This document shows positions 23,226 through 35,680 of a DNA stretch of 64,000 nucleotides, in pieces. The DNA is taken from NCBI GenBank assembly GCA_963514005.1, contig OY740782.1, forward strand, positions 43,896,001 to 43,960,000, in the 5' to 3' direction. A program made the translations under genes and the position numbers. This DNA is from Raja brachyura (taxonomy: Eukaryota). Positions within the stretch are counted from its first letter, which is position 1. Every line of letters starts with the position of its first letter. Under the pieces are notes generated by a model that was not told the origin of the DNA, searched no databases, and worked only from the letters and a program-made list of their open reading frames with translations.

Positions 23226-24535
23226 TATCTTCATAAAGTCAAGGGAATCTATGACTCAAAATGGAAGAGAACCATCTGGCTTTCATGTACTCCATGTCTT
23301 CACAAAGGCTTCTGCTAGAGCTGCTGCTTCACAGTGCCGGAGACCCAGTTCGATCCTGACATCTGTGTAGTGTTTCCTACGGGTGCTCCTGATTTCACAT
23401 CCCTAAAATGAGCTGGTTTGTAGGTTAATTGGCCCCTGGTGTGTAGTGAGTGGATGTGAAAGTGGGATAACATAAAACTAGTGTGTAGGAAGGAACTGCA
23501 GATGCTGGTTTAAACCGAAGATAGACACAAAATACGAAGGGGGTGTGAATGGTTGATCAATAGTCATTGTGGACTCAGTGGAAGGGCCGGATTCCAGGCT
23601 GCAACTTCCAGTGGTTCAATGGATACACGTAAAAGCCATGTGATTCTAGGGGAAAGAGTGTACAATATCCCAAACAACTCGTATAGTCAAGCACCACCCA
23701 TCCCATGAAGGCAGAATCTGCAGATCCGCCTTCAGAAGGGGATTGGAACAAAGTTATCCTTGACCCCAAATGAGCACTGAAGAAGAGAAAAGTAGAGAAG
23801 GTTTAATTGTCTTGGGAAGGTTCAAACTCTGGTGAATTAACAGAGGTATTGGCTGAATGGAGTCCTAAACCCAGGGGAGAAACATCATTTTATTAATAAA
23901 TCAGACCTTAAATGTTGTCTTGAAAATTCTAGTTAAAAAAGCTTTATGACTACGTGTAAATCCTGTTTAAGTAGCCCCAGCAAAGAAAATGAAACCTAAA
24001 TGCAGGACTCTGCAGTTACCTTATCCTGCTATGTTCATTGGACTTCACCTGAGGGGTAGTAGCCCCTTATCTCTTACCTCCTTTCACTGGTATTGTTCTC
24101 CCTCTACTACATTTGTTGTCCATTCCCGAATGCTCTTTAAAGCATGATGCCGAGGTAAACTGTGGTCGCACTTCTGGTGACGTTTCTCTATCACTGCTGT
24201 TGGGTAGGAAATTCCAGGTTTCAGATCCAAAGATGAAGAAAGAATGGTGATATATGTTTCCAAACCAGAATGGTGTGCGATTTGGAGGAGAACCTGCAAG
24301 GGGCAGAGTCACCATGATCTCCTGCCTTTTGCCCTAGATGTTGAGTTTTGTAAGTGCTGTGGGATGGCCAAGTATTGCATTTTGTTTAGATGGTTTAGGC
24401 TGCGGCCAATGTCTTCGATGAAGGAGGAAATGAAAGGTTAGGGTGGTGAGTGTAAATCCAGTACAGCAGGATGCTCTTGTGTTGGTTTGAGCTTCTTGAG
24501 AGATGTTGCAGCTGCAATCCTGCCAAGTGGACATT

Positions 24536-25632
24536 CAAGGCAAGGCAAGGCAAGTTTATTTATATAGCACCATTCATACAAGCTGCAATTCATAGTGCTT
24601 TACAAAAGAAACAAGAGAGTAACATAGTTTAAAAACATTGCAGAACCACAATACAACACAGGACAACAAAATAGCCAATAAGCCAATTGCATGAATAGTA
24701 AAACAAAATCACTAAAATATTAAGGCGATTTTAAAAGCACATAAAAAGGTTAAAACAAGAAGATTAAAACTACCCGCATGTAGGGTCATGAAAAAGCTAC
24801 ATTAAACAATAGTGTCTTTAGGCCTGACTTAAATGTGGTTACAGGCTGTGCACACCTCAGGTGTTCGGGGAGCCTTTCCACAGGTGTGGAGCATAGAAAC
24901 TGAATGCTGCTTCAGCCCTTTTTGTTCTCACCCTGGGAACATGGAGTAAACCTGTCCCCGAAGACCTGAGGAGTCTAGGTGCCTCATAAACATCAAGAAG
25001 GTCAGAGATGTATTTTGGACCCAGACCATTCAGAGCCTTGTATGCCAGTAGCAGAATTTTAAAAATCTATCCTTTTACACACAGGGAGCCAGTGCAAAGA
25101 TTTAAGGACAGGTGTAATGTGGTCCATTTTCTTGGTGTTGGTTAAGACTCTGACAGCGGCATTCTGGATAAGCTGCAGTTGTTTAATTGATTTTTTACTG
25201 AGACCTGTAAAGATACTATTACAATAATCTAACCTACTGAAGATATATGCATGAACAAGTTTTTCAGTGTCTTCTTTGGACAGAAATCCCTTGATTCTGG
25301 CAATGTTTTTTAGATGGTAGTAGGCAGATTTGGTAATGGTCTTTATATGGCTGTTAAAATTAAAATCCAAGTCTATAACTACACCAAGGTTTCTGGCTTT
25401 GTTTGTGGTTTTCAATGCAATTGAGTCAAGTTGAGCACTTATCTCTCGCCTTATTTTTTGGGGGCCAAGGACAATAATTTCTGTCTTATTTGCATTGAGC
25501 TGGAAGAAATTCTGGTTCATCCACTCATTAATTCATTTGACACACTGACTCAGTGAGTGTAGGGGACTATGGTCATGCGGTGACACTGTGATATAAAGTT
25601 GTGTGACATCGGCATAAGTATGGTAGGATATG
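24536..25632 (-). mobile_element. L2-clade LINE 3' portion
   Basis: ORF 25059-25520 'QLNANKTE...RNLGVVID...SRLDYCNS...LQLIQNAAVR...HITPVLKSLHWLPV'; YADV motif upstream; (CCTTG)n tail at 24536-24553. Confidence 0.9.
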
Positions 25633-25809
25633 TTAAAATGGAGAAATGGAGAATGGAATGGGAATGGAGCCCAAGGAGTCGAAAAGCATGGAAACAAGCC
25701 ATTCAGACCACTGAGTGTGCAGCGCCCACATAGACTAAACCTACACCAATCACATTCTTTTCTCTGCCTTTGCCTATCATTTCCCCCCAGATCACAGTGG
25801 CAGATTATG

Positions 25810-26045
25810 CTGACCACGGGTGCTGGCTGTATGGAGTTTGTCGTTCCTCCCTGTGACCACATGGGTTTTCTTCAGGTGCTCCGGTTTTCTCTCACATTCC
25901 AAAGACGTGCAAGTTTGTAGGTTATTTTGCTTCTCTAAATTCCCCTTGGTGTGTAAGACCGAAATAGTGTATGGGTGATCGTTTGTTGGCGCGGACATTG
26001 TGGGCCGAAGTTTCCGTTTCCATGCGATATCTCTGAATTAAACTT
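25810..26045 (+). mobile_element. HE1-type SINE, 5'-truncated
   Basis: GGGTGCTGGCTGTATGGAGTTTG...TGTAGGTTATTTTGC...GTGGGCCGAAG. Confidence 0.75.
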
Positions 26046-26879
26046 TAAAAAAACCCACACCTTCACAGGGAGCATAGGCAAACTCTCCACAGACAAGACT
26101 GGGGATTATGATTGAACACAGGTCACTTGAGCAGTGAGGCAGCAGCTGCTGTAGCTGCCCCAATGTGCTGCCTCAGATTTTGCGGGCAGAGGAAACACTT
26201 TGAGTGTCAGGCATATACAGATGCATCTGCCAAACATGGGAATGACAAGATTTATCTTCTGCTTTCCACAACAAACTTGCTGCAAACTATTCTGCCAGCT
26301 ACGTCCTTCAGAACTCAGCCAGCTCCGTCAGTGGGAATGCTAGCAAAGGAGTCTAGGTGATCGACATTGAAATCTTCACCCAGAATACACACTATTTTAA
26401 AGTATTAATTCCAAGTATTGGTCAACATAAAGGAACATTAATCCATCAGCTAAAAGCACGATAGGCAATCAGCAGGCAGATTCCTTACCCAGGTTTGTCC
26501 TGATGCCACACAATAGCATGGGGTTTAGATTCAGTCATCAAATGGGCTGCACCATCCTGCCTCCATATGCCTTGGGCTGTACCCTTTGCTGGGATATCTT
26601 GCTTGTGGGTAAAGCATATCCAGGGATTATAATGCGGGAATCTATCTGTAAGATATGAATCTGTCAGGATAAATACCTAATGCTCTTTCTTGACTCAGGC
26701 TGCAGGACAGCTCTCTCCATATAAACACCAGTACCGGGTTTTCTGTGAGGAGAATTTTTCTAAGTTAACTGGACTGGGAACAACATGTTTCCAGTTGTGG
26801 GAGTCTAGTTCCAGACGGCACAGCCTCAGAATAAAAGGATGTAACTCTATAATGGAGATGCGGAGGTATTTCTTGAGGA

Positions 26880-27440
26880 GTGAGACCACACCTGGAGTAT
26901 TGTGTGCAGTTTTGGAATCCAGATTTGAGGAAGGACATTCTTGCTATTGAGGGAGTGCAGCGTAGGTTCACCAGGTTAATTCCTGGGATGGTGGGACTGT
27001 CATATACTGAGAGAATGGAGCAGCTGGGCTTGTACACTATGGAATTTAGAAGGATGAGAGGGGATCTTATTGAAACATATAAGATTATAAAGGGCTGGGA
27101 CACGCTAGAGACCGGAAACATGTTCCCGATGTTGGGGGAGTCCAGAACCAGGGGCCACAGTCTAAGAATAAGGGGTAAGCCATTTAGAATGGAGATGAGG
27201 AAATACTTTTTCACACAGAGAGTTGTGAGACTGTCGAATTCTCTGCCTCAGAGGGCGGTGGAGGCCAGTTCTCAAGATGCTTTCACGAGAGAGTTAAATG
27301 AAGCTCTTAAAAATTGCAGTGTCAAGGGATATGGGAAGACAGGATTGGGGTACTGATTGTGGATGATCAGCCATGATCACATTGAATGGCGGTACTGGCT
27401 CAAAGGGCCGAATGGCCTACTCCTGCACCTATTGTCTATT
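26880..27440 (+). mobile_element. CR1/HER1-like LINE 3' end
   Basis: ORF 26880-27356 'RPHLEYCVQFWNP...EGVQRRFTRLIPG...RRMRGDLIETYKI...TRGH'. Confidence 0.92.
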
Positions 27441-28099
27441 TTTTATTGAGCCAAACAGTGGTGAATTTGTGAAATTCATAGCTACAGAAGGCTGTGGAGG
27501 TCGTCATTGGGTATTTTTAAAGCAAAAATTGATAGATTCTTGATTAGTAAGTGTGTCAAATGACCCAGGGAGAAGGCAGGAGAATGGGGTCGAGAGTGAA
27601 AAATAGATCAACCATGATCGAATGGCAGATGGACTAGATGGGATGAATGGCCTAATTCTGCCCTTATCTTACAGTCTGAACTTGTCCAAGTCCAAATATG
27701 TTTTTTTTTGTGTTTGTTTTTGTGTGTTATCTGAGTCTCTGTGCCTGTGTTGCTGCTACCGCAACATTTCATTGTACCCTACTTCACCGGACCTGTGCAT
27801 TGACATTGAACTTGACTTGATGGGACTTGACTTACATTCATTGCTCTACCATCATATAAGGGATTTCAGTGTAAAGCAAATTGCTGCGGGTCTTGAATCA
27901 CGCAGGGCAAGTTTGGTCAATTTCCTCTGGGAGTTATTAATACATCCAGGATGTTTAGGCACTAAAAGACTCTGAAATAGGCAGGCAAAAAGGCAATGAA
28001 ATTACAAAAAAGGCCCGTAAATGGCATAAAAAGGGCATGAATTTCCACTACCAAAATATGGTTAAAAATGATAATATAAAGGTATACTACATTAAATGA

Positions 28100-29350
28100 C
28101 CAACTTAATTACTAGCACTTTTTTCATATTATCTGGTGTTAAACTATGCCGTCTGTCAGACAGAATATGCTTCAGTTGTGAAAAACGTATTTCTACCTCA
28201 GCTGAGGTCACTGGTGCATACCCGAAACAAGCTCCAGACTCTATATTCATGTCGATATCTTGTGCATTACAACTACGTTTGAGAACTTTAGCTATGTTTT
28301 GTATTTCTTCAAGATCTTTGTTCGCTAAAATCACTCTCTCACATTTTCCTTGTATGTCTTTACCTGCATCGCCAAGAACTTTACGAATATCGTCAGTTAC
28401 TTTGGTGAAAACTTGCAAGTTATTCATTAATGTTTCAGCATGTTTCTCAAGGGAAGTGATAGCTTGTGGGAAGTTTGCAAAATTGGAAGCAATAAACACA
28501 AGATTGCGGTGGAGAGACATTTTCTGCATGATTTCACTGCCGATCCTGACTGGAGCAGATCCTTCTTCTTCAAATCAGTTAACGATTTATTTTATCTTTT
28601 CAAAATTTGCAGCATAGTAGAGTACAACAAAGAGCCATGTACCCCACGTTGTCAAAACAGGCTGAGGATGTAGCGGAATCTCGGGTGTCATTTCCTTGAA
28701 CACTGCACCATGACAGTGCTTTGAGGAAGATTTTCCTGACATTGGAAACTAGGCGATTGACATTTGGAAACAAGCAACGTATGTGCTTTCCAATTCTATG
28801 AAGTCCTTGAGCTAAGCATGTCAAATGCAACATTTTGGCGAATAAATCTTTAAGAGCACGAACAGCTTTTTTCATGTAGGGAGCTGCATCAGTCACACAC
28901 AGAAGAACATTCTCGTATTTTATGCCTTCTGGCCAAAGTACAGCAAGTGAAGATGTAAACCACTGAGCAATAGTTGCGCTGTTTGACTTCTCCAATACTT
29001 CCAATGCCAACAAATACTCCTTTGATGGTTGACCTGCCTCCAGTGTACCGATGACCACATTGGCAACATATCTCCCCACAGCATCGGTTGTCTCATCTAT
29101 TGAGATCCATATTTTGTTGTATGCTTCATCTCTAATTTTCTGCACAACAATGTAGCTGTCAACATAAATTTTCCGTAATGATGACTCGCTTGGTATAGGT
29201 TCCTCTGTGTATTCCTCTAAAAAACCTCCGAGGGATTTGTTTTCCAATTTCCACAGTGGAATTCCAGCATCAATGAATGCCTTGCACAGATCACTCGAAA
29301 ACTCAGATTTGTGACTGGAGCCAGCAGTAAATTTAGTGAGGAGGCAAGCT
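28100..29350 (-). pseudogene. Frameshifted hAT transposase
   Basis: 'WISIDETTD', 'VTDAAPYM', 'HLTCLAQGLH' (CxxH decayed), '[12 protein letters not shown]' near 28633-28668, C-terminal 'APVTSAEVEIRFS...ILSDRRH'. Confidence 0.88.
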
Positions 29351-29352
29351 TG

Positions 29353-29612
29353 GTTATTTCGCTTGGGTAGTCTACATCCCAGCGGTATCAACATAGACGT
29401 CTCCCTCCTTCCCCTCCGCCTTCCCAGCTCTCCTTCTAATCCTACTATCTCCACCTCTTTCTTTGTTTCCCCAACCCCCCCACATCAGTCTGAAGAAGGA
29501 TCTCGACCCAAAATGTCGCCTATTCCTTCTCTCCATAGATGCTGCCTCACCCGCTGAGTTTCTCCAGCATTTTTTGTCTACCTTCGTTTGTTCCAGCATC
29601 TGCAGTTCTTTC
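29353..29612 (+). mobile_element. Penelope-like 3' fragment inserted into the hAT transposase
   Basis: 'LFRLGSLHPSGINID' then TCTGAAGAAGGATCTCGACCCAAAATGTC tail. Confidence 0.85.
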
Positions 29613-30635
29613 ATAAATAGATCTTGGAGAAGACTGAACCAGCGGGCAGCAGCACGAACGAATGAATAACTGACGGTGGCGCCCCCGGTTTTGCCCTATT
29701 GGTGGAAATGTTCTTGTAAGTTAATAATAACATTAATATTAATGTGTTAACATAGAAAACGTCATTATAATCACGGTACAACTAGAGAAAATAGCACAAC
29801 CTTTTAGCAAAATGGAAAAAAAAGGCTGATTTAGGCACTTGATCGTGAAAAAGGCATTATCGTGGTGAAATCATCAAAAAAGGCATGAAAAGGCACATGG
29901 CATTTATGGGAACATCCTGGCTCTATTTGTCAGTGATTCAGATGGGCTTTTAACAATCGTAGTTCGTAATTTTATGTTCGTCATCATGATTGACTAATTG
30001 CTTTTTTGATAAATTCCAATTTATTATTCATGTTAAATTCATCGCCGTCTTGATGGACTTTGAACTCAGGTTTCTGCATTTTCAGCCCAACCCCCCGAAT
30101 TACTATCTGAACTACTCCATCACCAATGTATCCTATTGTGCACAATCCATATTGAAGAGAGCTTTTCAGTGATTTAATGCAGTCCAGAATAAATGATGAT
30201 GCAGCTGAGTTGTTTTTATCAAGGTTTATGCTAATATTGTTGCTTTCATGGCGGCACATCAGTCGGATGTTCCCCTTAATGAGGTGAATAATACTGTACT
30301 GCTGCAGAAGGTCAAACAATAACACCATTAAAATTTAAAATCAACTGCGAAGGCAGTTAGAAAGTTATTTAAAATCCAATGGAAATGGTTGTTTTTGCCA
30401 CCGAGGCTGATCTAATAAATGGAGTGACTTTCTCGGGGTAACTGAATGAATGCAGCAATTGAAAAGCAGTAACTGAAGCCCCATGTTTTAATTGGAAGTT
30501 TAAAGTAATACTTTTCTTTTAGCTTAATGTAGTAACTGAACAAGTTCTAGAACATAAATAATTTGGGGCAGCACAGTAGTGCAGTAGTAGAGCTGCTGTC
30601 TCACAGCACCAGAGGTTTGATCCTGACTGCAGGTG

Positions 30636-30725
30636 TCTCCCCTTCTACACCTCTCCCCATCTCCTCTCTCCCTCTCCGCCTCTTCCCCTCTCTCCCTCTC
30701 TCCCTCTCACTCTCTCACTCCCTGT
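30636..30725. repeat. CT-rich polypyrimidine low-complexity tract
   Basis: About 90 nt almost entirely C/T, following a SINE head fragment. Confidence 0.8.
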
Positions 30726-31487
30726 TCCAATTTAAGGGGAGTAATTTGAAAAAGACAATATAGCATAAATGGCCTTCAAGCCAACACCACCATTCAATAT
30801 GAACATGGCTGATCATCTAAAATCAGTATCCCGTTCCTGCTTTTTCCCCCATATCCCTTGATTCCTTTATCCCAAAGAGCCAAATCTAACTCTCTCTTGA
30901 AAATGTTGAAAGGCTAACACAAAAAAGAGTCAAACCTTTTTCTGGATTGTTTCTGGGTGAGTTGACGAGGTGGTTCACAAAATCTAGAGATTACTTTGGT
31001 TTGTATATAACAAAAAGAGATGGTGCTAAAACCTTATAAATCATTGCTCGGGCCACTGCTGAAGTGATTTAGAGCTTTAAGAAATATGTAACAGCCTAAG
31101 AAACATCGGGAAGGAAGTGTATTAAGTTATTACCAGGGTGTAAAGATATTCATGAAGCAGAAGAGGTTGAAAAGTGAAGATTGGTTTGCCAAATAAAACT
31201 TCTACCTCATAAAATATTCAAGAAGATGATGACAACTGCAAGAGACCCACTAACCAGTGGTTAAATCAATGCATTGGGAAATAATCAGAGAAAGCATTAG
31301 TATTTAATCATTACTCAGACTTGGTGCAGTGTTCAAATCAAAATGCCGACCATCTCTCTGCCTCTACAGATGATGCCTGACCCTGGAAGTTTGTATTTTT
31401 GCTCCAGATTACATCATCTGCAGTCTCTTGTATCTCCAAGGATGAGTACATTATAAAAGTGAAGAATAACAAAGCTAACGAATCTGA

Positions 31488-33050
31488 GTTCAGTTTAGTT
31501 TATTGTCACGTTTACTGAAGTACAGTGAAAAGCTTTAGTTTCTTGCCAACCAGTCAGCAGAAAGACAATACATGATTACAATCGAGCCATTTACAGGGTA
31601 TAGATACATGATAAGAGAATAACATTTAGTGTAAGGTAAAGCCAGTAAAGTCCGATCAAAGATAGATCGAGTCACCAAAGAGGTAGATAGTAGTTCAGCA
31701 CTGCTCTCTGGTTGTGGTAGGATGATTCAGTTGCCTGATAAAGGGCCTGTTCTACCAGCATGTGACTCCATGCGATGAGCGCAATCTAACGTGGTCGCTT
31801 GAGCCGTCCAGCCTCGCGGGACTGGTCCAACTTCGATCGCCGTAGCCGTGCAGAGTTGTATGGAGCTGGTCCCGACATCACGCAGGGCTCCAAAAAACTG
31901 ACCCTGTTCAAAAATTCCGTGCGACAACTGCCTGTCGGCCTGCAGTCGCCTCGACGCATTACGCACCGCCTCGACATCATGCCTCCGCTACCCTCTCTGT
32001 GTGTGCCTCCGTGGCCCTCTCTCTGTGTGTCCCTCTCTGTGTGTCCCTCTCTGTTGTTGCGAACTTACCGCGGACTGCGCTCCAACTTCACGCCGCGTCG
32101 CGCCACTCACCCGACCTCCCAGCGGCCCCTGCTGCCGGTTTGGTCACGCTCGCCGCATGCAGGCGCATGCTGGTGGGATCGGCCCTGTACAGGGATCACT
32201 CGACCTCCGCACGGCCCCCGCTTCCAGTTTGGTCGCGCTCACAGCATGGAGTCGGATGCTGGTGGAACAGGCCCTTAACAGCTGGGAAGAAACTGTCCCT
32301 GAATCTGGAGGTGTACGTTTTCACACTTCTATACCTTTAGTGCGATGGGAGAGGGGAGAAGAGGGAGTGGCCAGGTTGTGACTCATTCTTGATTATGCTG
32401 CTGGCCTTGCCGAGGCGGCTTGAGGTATAAATGAAGTCAATGGACATTTGGTTTGTGTGATGGTCTGGGCTGCGTCCACAATTCGCTGCAATTTCTTGCT
32501 GTCTTGGATGGAGCTGTTCCCAAATCAAGCTGCGATGCATCCCGATAAAATGTTTTCTAAGCGCTTCTGTAGAAGTAGGTGAGAGTTGGGGACATGCTGA
32601 ACTTTGTAAGCCTTCCAAGGAAGTAGAGGCATTGGTGTCCCTTCTTGGTTGTTGCTTCAATATGGGTGGTCCAGGAGAAGTTGGTGGTGATATTGACTCG
32701 TAGTAATTTGAAGTTTCCAACCACCTCTACTTCAGCGCCATCAATGCGGACTGGGGTATGTTTCCTGCTTCACTTCCTGAAGTCAATCACTATCTCCTTT
32801 GTCTTGCTGACATTGGAAGAAAGGTTGTTGTCTTGACACGAGGTTGACATGAGGTTCTCAATCTCCTTCCTGTACTCCATCTCATCATTATTTGATATCC
32901 GGCCCACAATGGTGGTGTCATCTGCGAATTTGAAAATTGAATTAGATTTGTACATGGCTGCACAGTCGTGGGTGTACAAGGAGTAAAGAAGGGGGCTGAG
33001 AACGCATTCTTGCAGAGCACCAGTGTTGAGGATTATCGGAAAGGATGATT
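31488..33050 (-). mobile_element. Rex1/Babar LINE 3' portion interrupted by a MITE
   Basis: 'YTHDCAA...FKFADDTTIVG...NVSKTKEIVIDFRK' (32770-32979); tail rejoins across the MITE as GCCTGA-TAA-CAGCTGGG. Confidence 0.85.
31742..32275. mobile_element. PIF/Harbinger-type MITE
   Basis: TIRs AGGGCCTGTTCTACCAGCAT ... ATGCTGGTGGAACAGGCCCT; exact TAA TSD at 31739-31741 and 32276-32278; CpG-rich. Confidence 0.9.
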
Positions 33051-34665
33051 TTATTCCCTCTCCTCACTGGTACGATGAAAAGGGAATGATGGCGCTGCTT
33101 TTTCTTTTTAACATTCAAAAACAAACAACCTTGTTCTTTCAGCATGTTATATGATAGTCAGATGGCAAAGGATAGGTGTATCAGCTTTGCACAATTGTTA
33201 TTGTTTTCTTCAAAGTAAAGGTGAGAAATTGTAACATATTTTACTTTAAATTGGCTGTGCAGATTATATCCATCAAATATATGCTGATGTTAATGCTATA
33301 TTGTCATACATCCTGGCTTAAACAGAAGCAAAATACGATGAATGCTGAGATACAAAGAGAAAATGTCAGTAATACTCAGCAAGTCTGCAGAGTGATGTGC
33401 TCTACTAATGGTTCTAGAATTTGTGGAACATCTGTTTTTCAGATGTTTTTGAGCAGTTCGGCAGCTGCCTTTTGTGAATTTTGTATTCATTAAGATGAGG
33501 GATGTTAGTGCTGGGAATTATCATTTTCAATGTGACGACTACATCAAGAAAATCCCAGCCAATTACAAACATAGTTAGCTACAAGTGAAACATTTCACTC
33601 TTTGGCCCAGTGGTTTGTTTAGCTCAGAATAAAAACAGTGATGCATTTCTCTGTTTCCCACTCAGGCTGTTCCTTGGCCTCCGAATTATATAGCCATGCC
33701 AGTTGGTGCTAAACTTGAAACTGTTTTATACCAATGGCCTAAACTCTCATAGATTAAGCATTTAACATTAGTTCCTTTGGACAACAGATTGTGGAAAGCT
33801 TTTAACTTTATTTATATTGTACGTTCTGTATCTTCCCCTTTTCTCTACTTATTGGGTATGACTTAATTGTACTTGTGAATAGTATTTCATTTGAGTGGAT
33901 AGCATGCAAAACAAAGCTTTTCACTGTACATCGGTACACATGACAATAATAAAACTGAATCTCAACCTCTAAAGTTAAACCAAATGTTAGGCCAAGGTTT
34001 GACACTTATGTTACATCGAGTCATGTAGTGTGGAAACAAGCCCTGCGGCCCAACTTGCCCACACTGGCCAATATGTCACAGCTACACTAGTCCCACCTGC
34101 CTGCGTTTGGCCCTCATCCCTCAAAGTCTGTCTTATCCATGTACTGGTCTAACTGTTTCTCAAATGTTGGGATAGCCCCAGCCTCAACTACCTCCTCAGG
34201 CAGCTTGTTCCATACACCCACCCACCCTTTGTGTGAAAAATCCTTTGTGTTACAATCGAGCAAATTTTAACATTATACTTCCTACCACTGTTATGATTCC
34301 ACAAAATACTGTCAGATGCTTATGTCAAGACAAATAAAACCACTACCTTGAAGGAAACTCAAACCTGCAGGAGCAATATCAGATCAGCCATCTGTTGCGT
34401 CTCCCTCCACAGGTTTGCCTTTCCATTGATAAAAGTTAAACTTACCATTTCTGTCAGTTCTTGCCAGCACACAGTTAGAGTGATAACTTTGAGATCTTGT
34501 TCTTATAAATTGAATATATTGTGTGTAAATATTCAGAATTCTGCCATGTGCACTCTGAAATTTGATACTCCAATGTAGTGCAAATTTGTAATATTTGTAA
34601 AATCTCGAATAATTACAGTTAACAAGCAATATTTTGATTTGACTCAAGCATCATGTCCTTGATGC

Positions 34666-34724
34666 TTGTGGAAATAAAATGTCTGTATCAGTGCTGTGGA
34701 AATAAAATGTCTGTATCAGTGCTG
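34666..34724. repeat. Short tandem duplication of about 28 bp
   Basis: TGTGGAAATAAAATGTCTGTATCAGTGC twice in tandem. Confidence 0.85.
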
Positions 34725-35103
34725 CTTTCCTGCTTGATCCATCTTGGCCACACAATAGTGTATCCCTCAATTAATTCTACCCTCGGCCTCTTTCTGGTCA
34801 AAAAAACAAAACTGGCCCAAATTATCTTTTATCATGGCAACAATTTTCCATTCCTGGCAAGATCCTTATGTCTCCTCTGTAACCCCTTTGATGCAATCAC
34901 ATAATATCTGTATATCCTGTAATATGATGACCTGAAACATATGCAGTACTCGGGTCTGGACCCGAAACGTCGCCTATCTCCTTCGCTCCTTAGATGCTGC
35001 TGCACCCGCTGAGTTTCTCCAGCCTTTTGTGTACCCCCCTGCAGTACTCAAAACTTGGCTTGACCAGTGTTGCACACATTTCTAATATAACACCCCTGCT
35101 CTT

Positions 35104-35680
35104 ATAGAGTCATAGAGTGAAAAGTGTGGAAACAGGCCCTTCAGCCCAACTCGCCCAACAATGTTCCAGCTACACTAGTCCCACTTGCCTGTACTTGGTC
35201 CATATCCCTCCAAACCTGTCCAATCCATGTACTCGTCTAATTGTTTCTTAAATGCTGGGATAGTCCTAGCCTCAACTATCTCCTCTGGCAACTTGTTCCA
35301 TACACCCACCACTCTTTGTGTGAAAAAGTTACCCCTCGGATTCCTATTAAATCTTTTGTCCTTTACCTTGAACCTATGTCCTCTGGTCCTCGATTCTGGG
35401 CAAAAGACTTTGTGCATTTACCCGATGTGTTCTTATGATTTTGTTTGCCTCTATAATATCTCCCATCATCCTCCTGCACTCCGTGGAATAGAGACCCAGC
35501 CTACTCATCCTCTCCCTATAGCTCACACCTCTAGTCCTGGCAACATCCTCGTAAATCTTTTCTGAACCCTTTCAAGCTTGACAATAGATTTCCTATAACA
35601 TGGTGCCCAGAAGTGAACACAATATTCCAAATATTCCAAATGCAGTCTCTTGTATTCTATGTCCAAGCTAATAAAGGAAG
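35104..35680 (-). mobile_element. CR1 LINE 3' fragment, second subfamily
   Basis: ORFs 35175-35417 'TRGHRFKV...FFTQRVVGVWNKLP' and 35523-35933 'EYCVHFWAP...LERVQKRFTRMLPG'; a related tail lies at 34015-34240. Confidence 0.85.

Larger units (their letters stand above)
27947..29919 (-). mobile_element. hAT-superfamily DNA transposon relic (CGGBP-like/DUF659-type transposase)
   Basis: TIRs CAGGATGTT (27947) and AACATCCTG (29919); AAAAGGC subterminal repeats at both ends; transposase pieces inside; no intact TSD seen. Confidence 0.8.

Noticed and set aside
28600-29454. Intact 284-aa protein or domesticated CGGBP-like gene
   Set aside because: The N-terminus is antisense Penelope sequence, the ORF is frameshifted from the C-terminal part, and the CxxH histidine is lost
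29984-30328. 114-aa minus-strand ORF as a host gene
   Set aside because: No recognisable domain or convincing splice sites; consistent with a chance ORF, though the DNA is unique
31742-32275. CpG island or promoter, and overlapping 100-160 aa ORFs
   Set aside because: GC/CpG richness and ORFs are confined to a MITE bounded by TIRs and a TAA TSD
34448-34555. Minus-strand exon ending at an ATG|GTAAGT donor
   Set aside because: Weak acceptor and unrecognisable peptide; no partner exons
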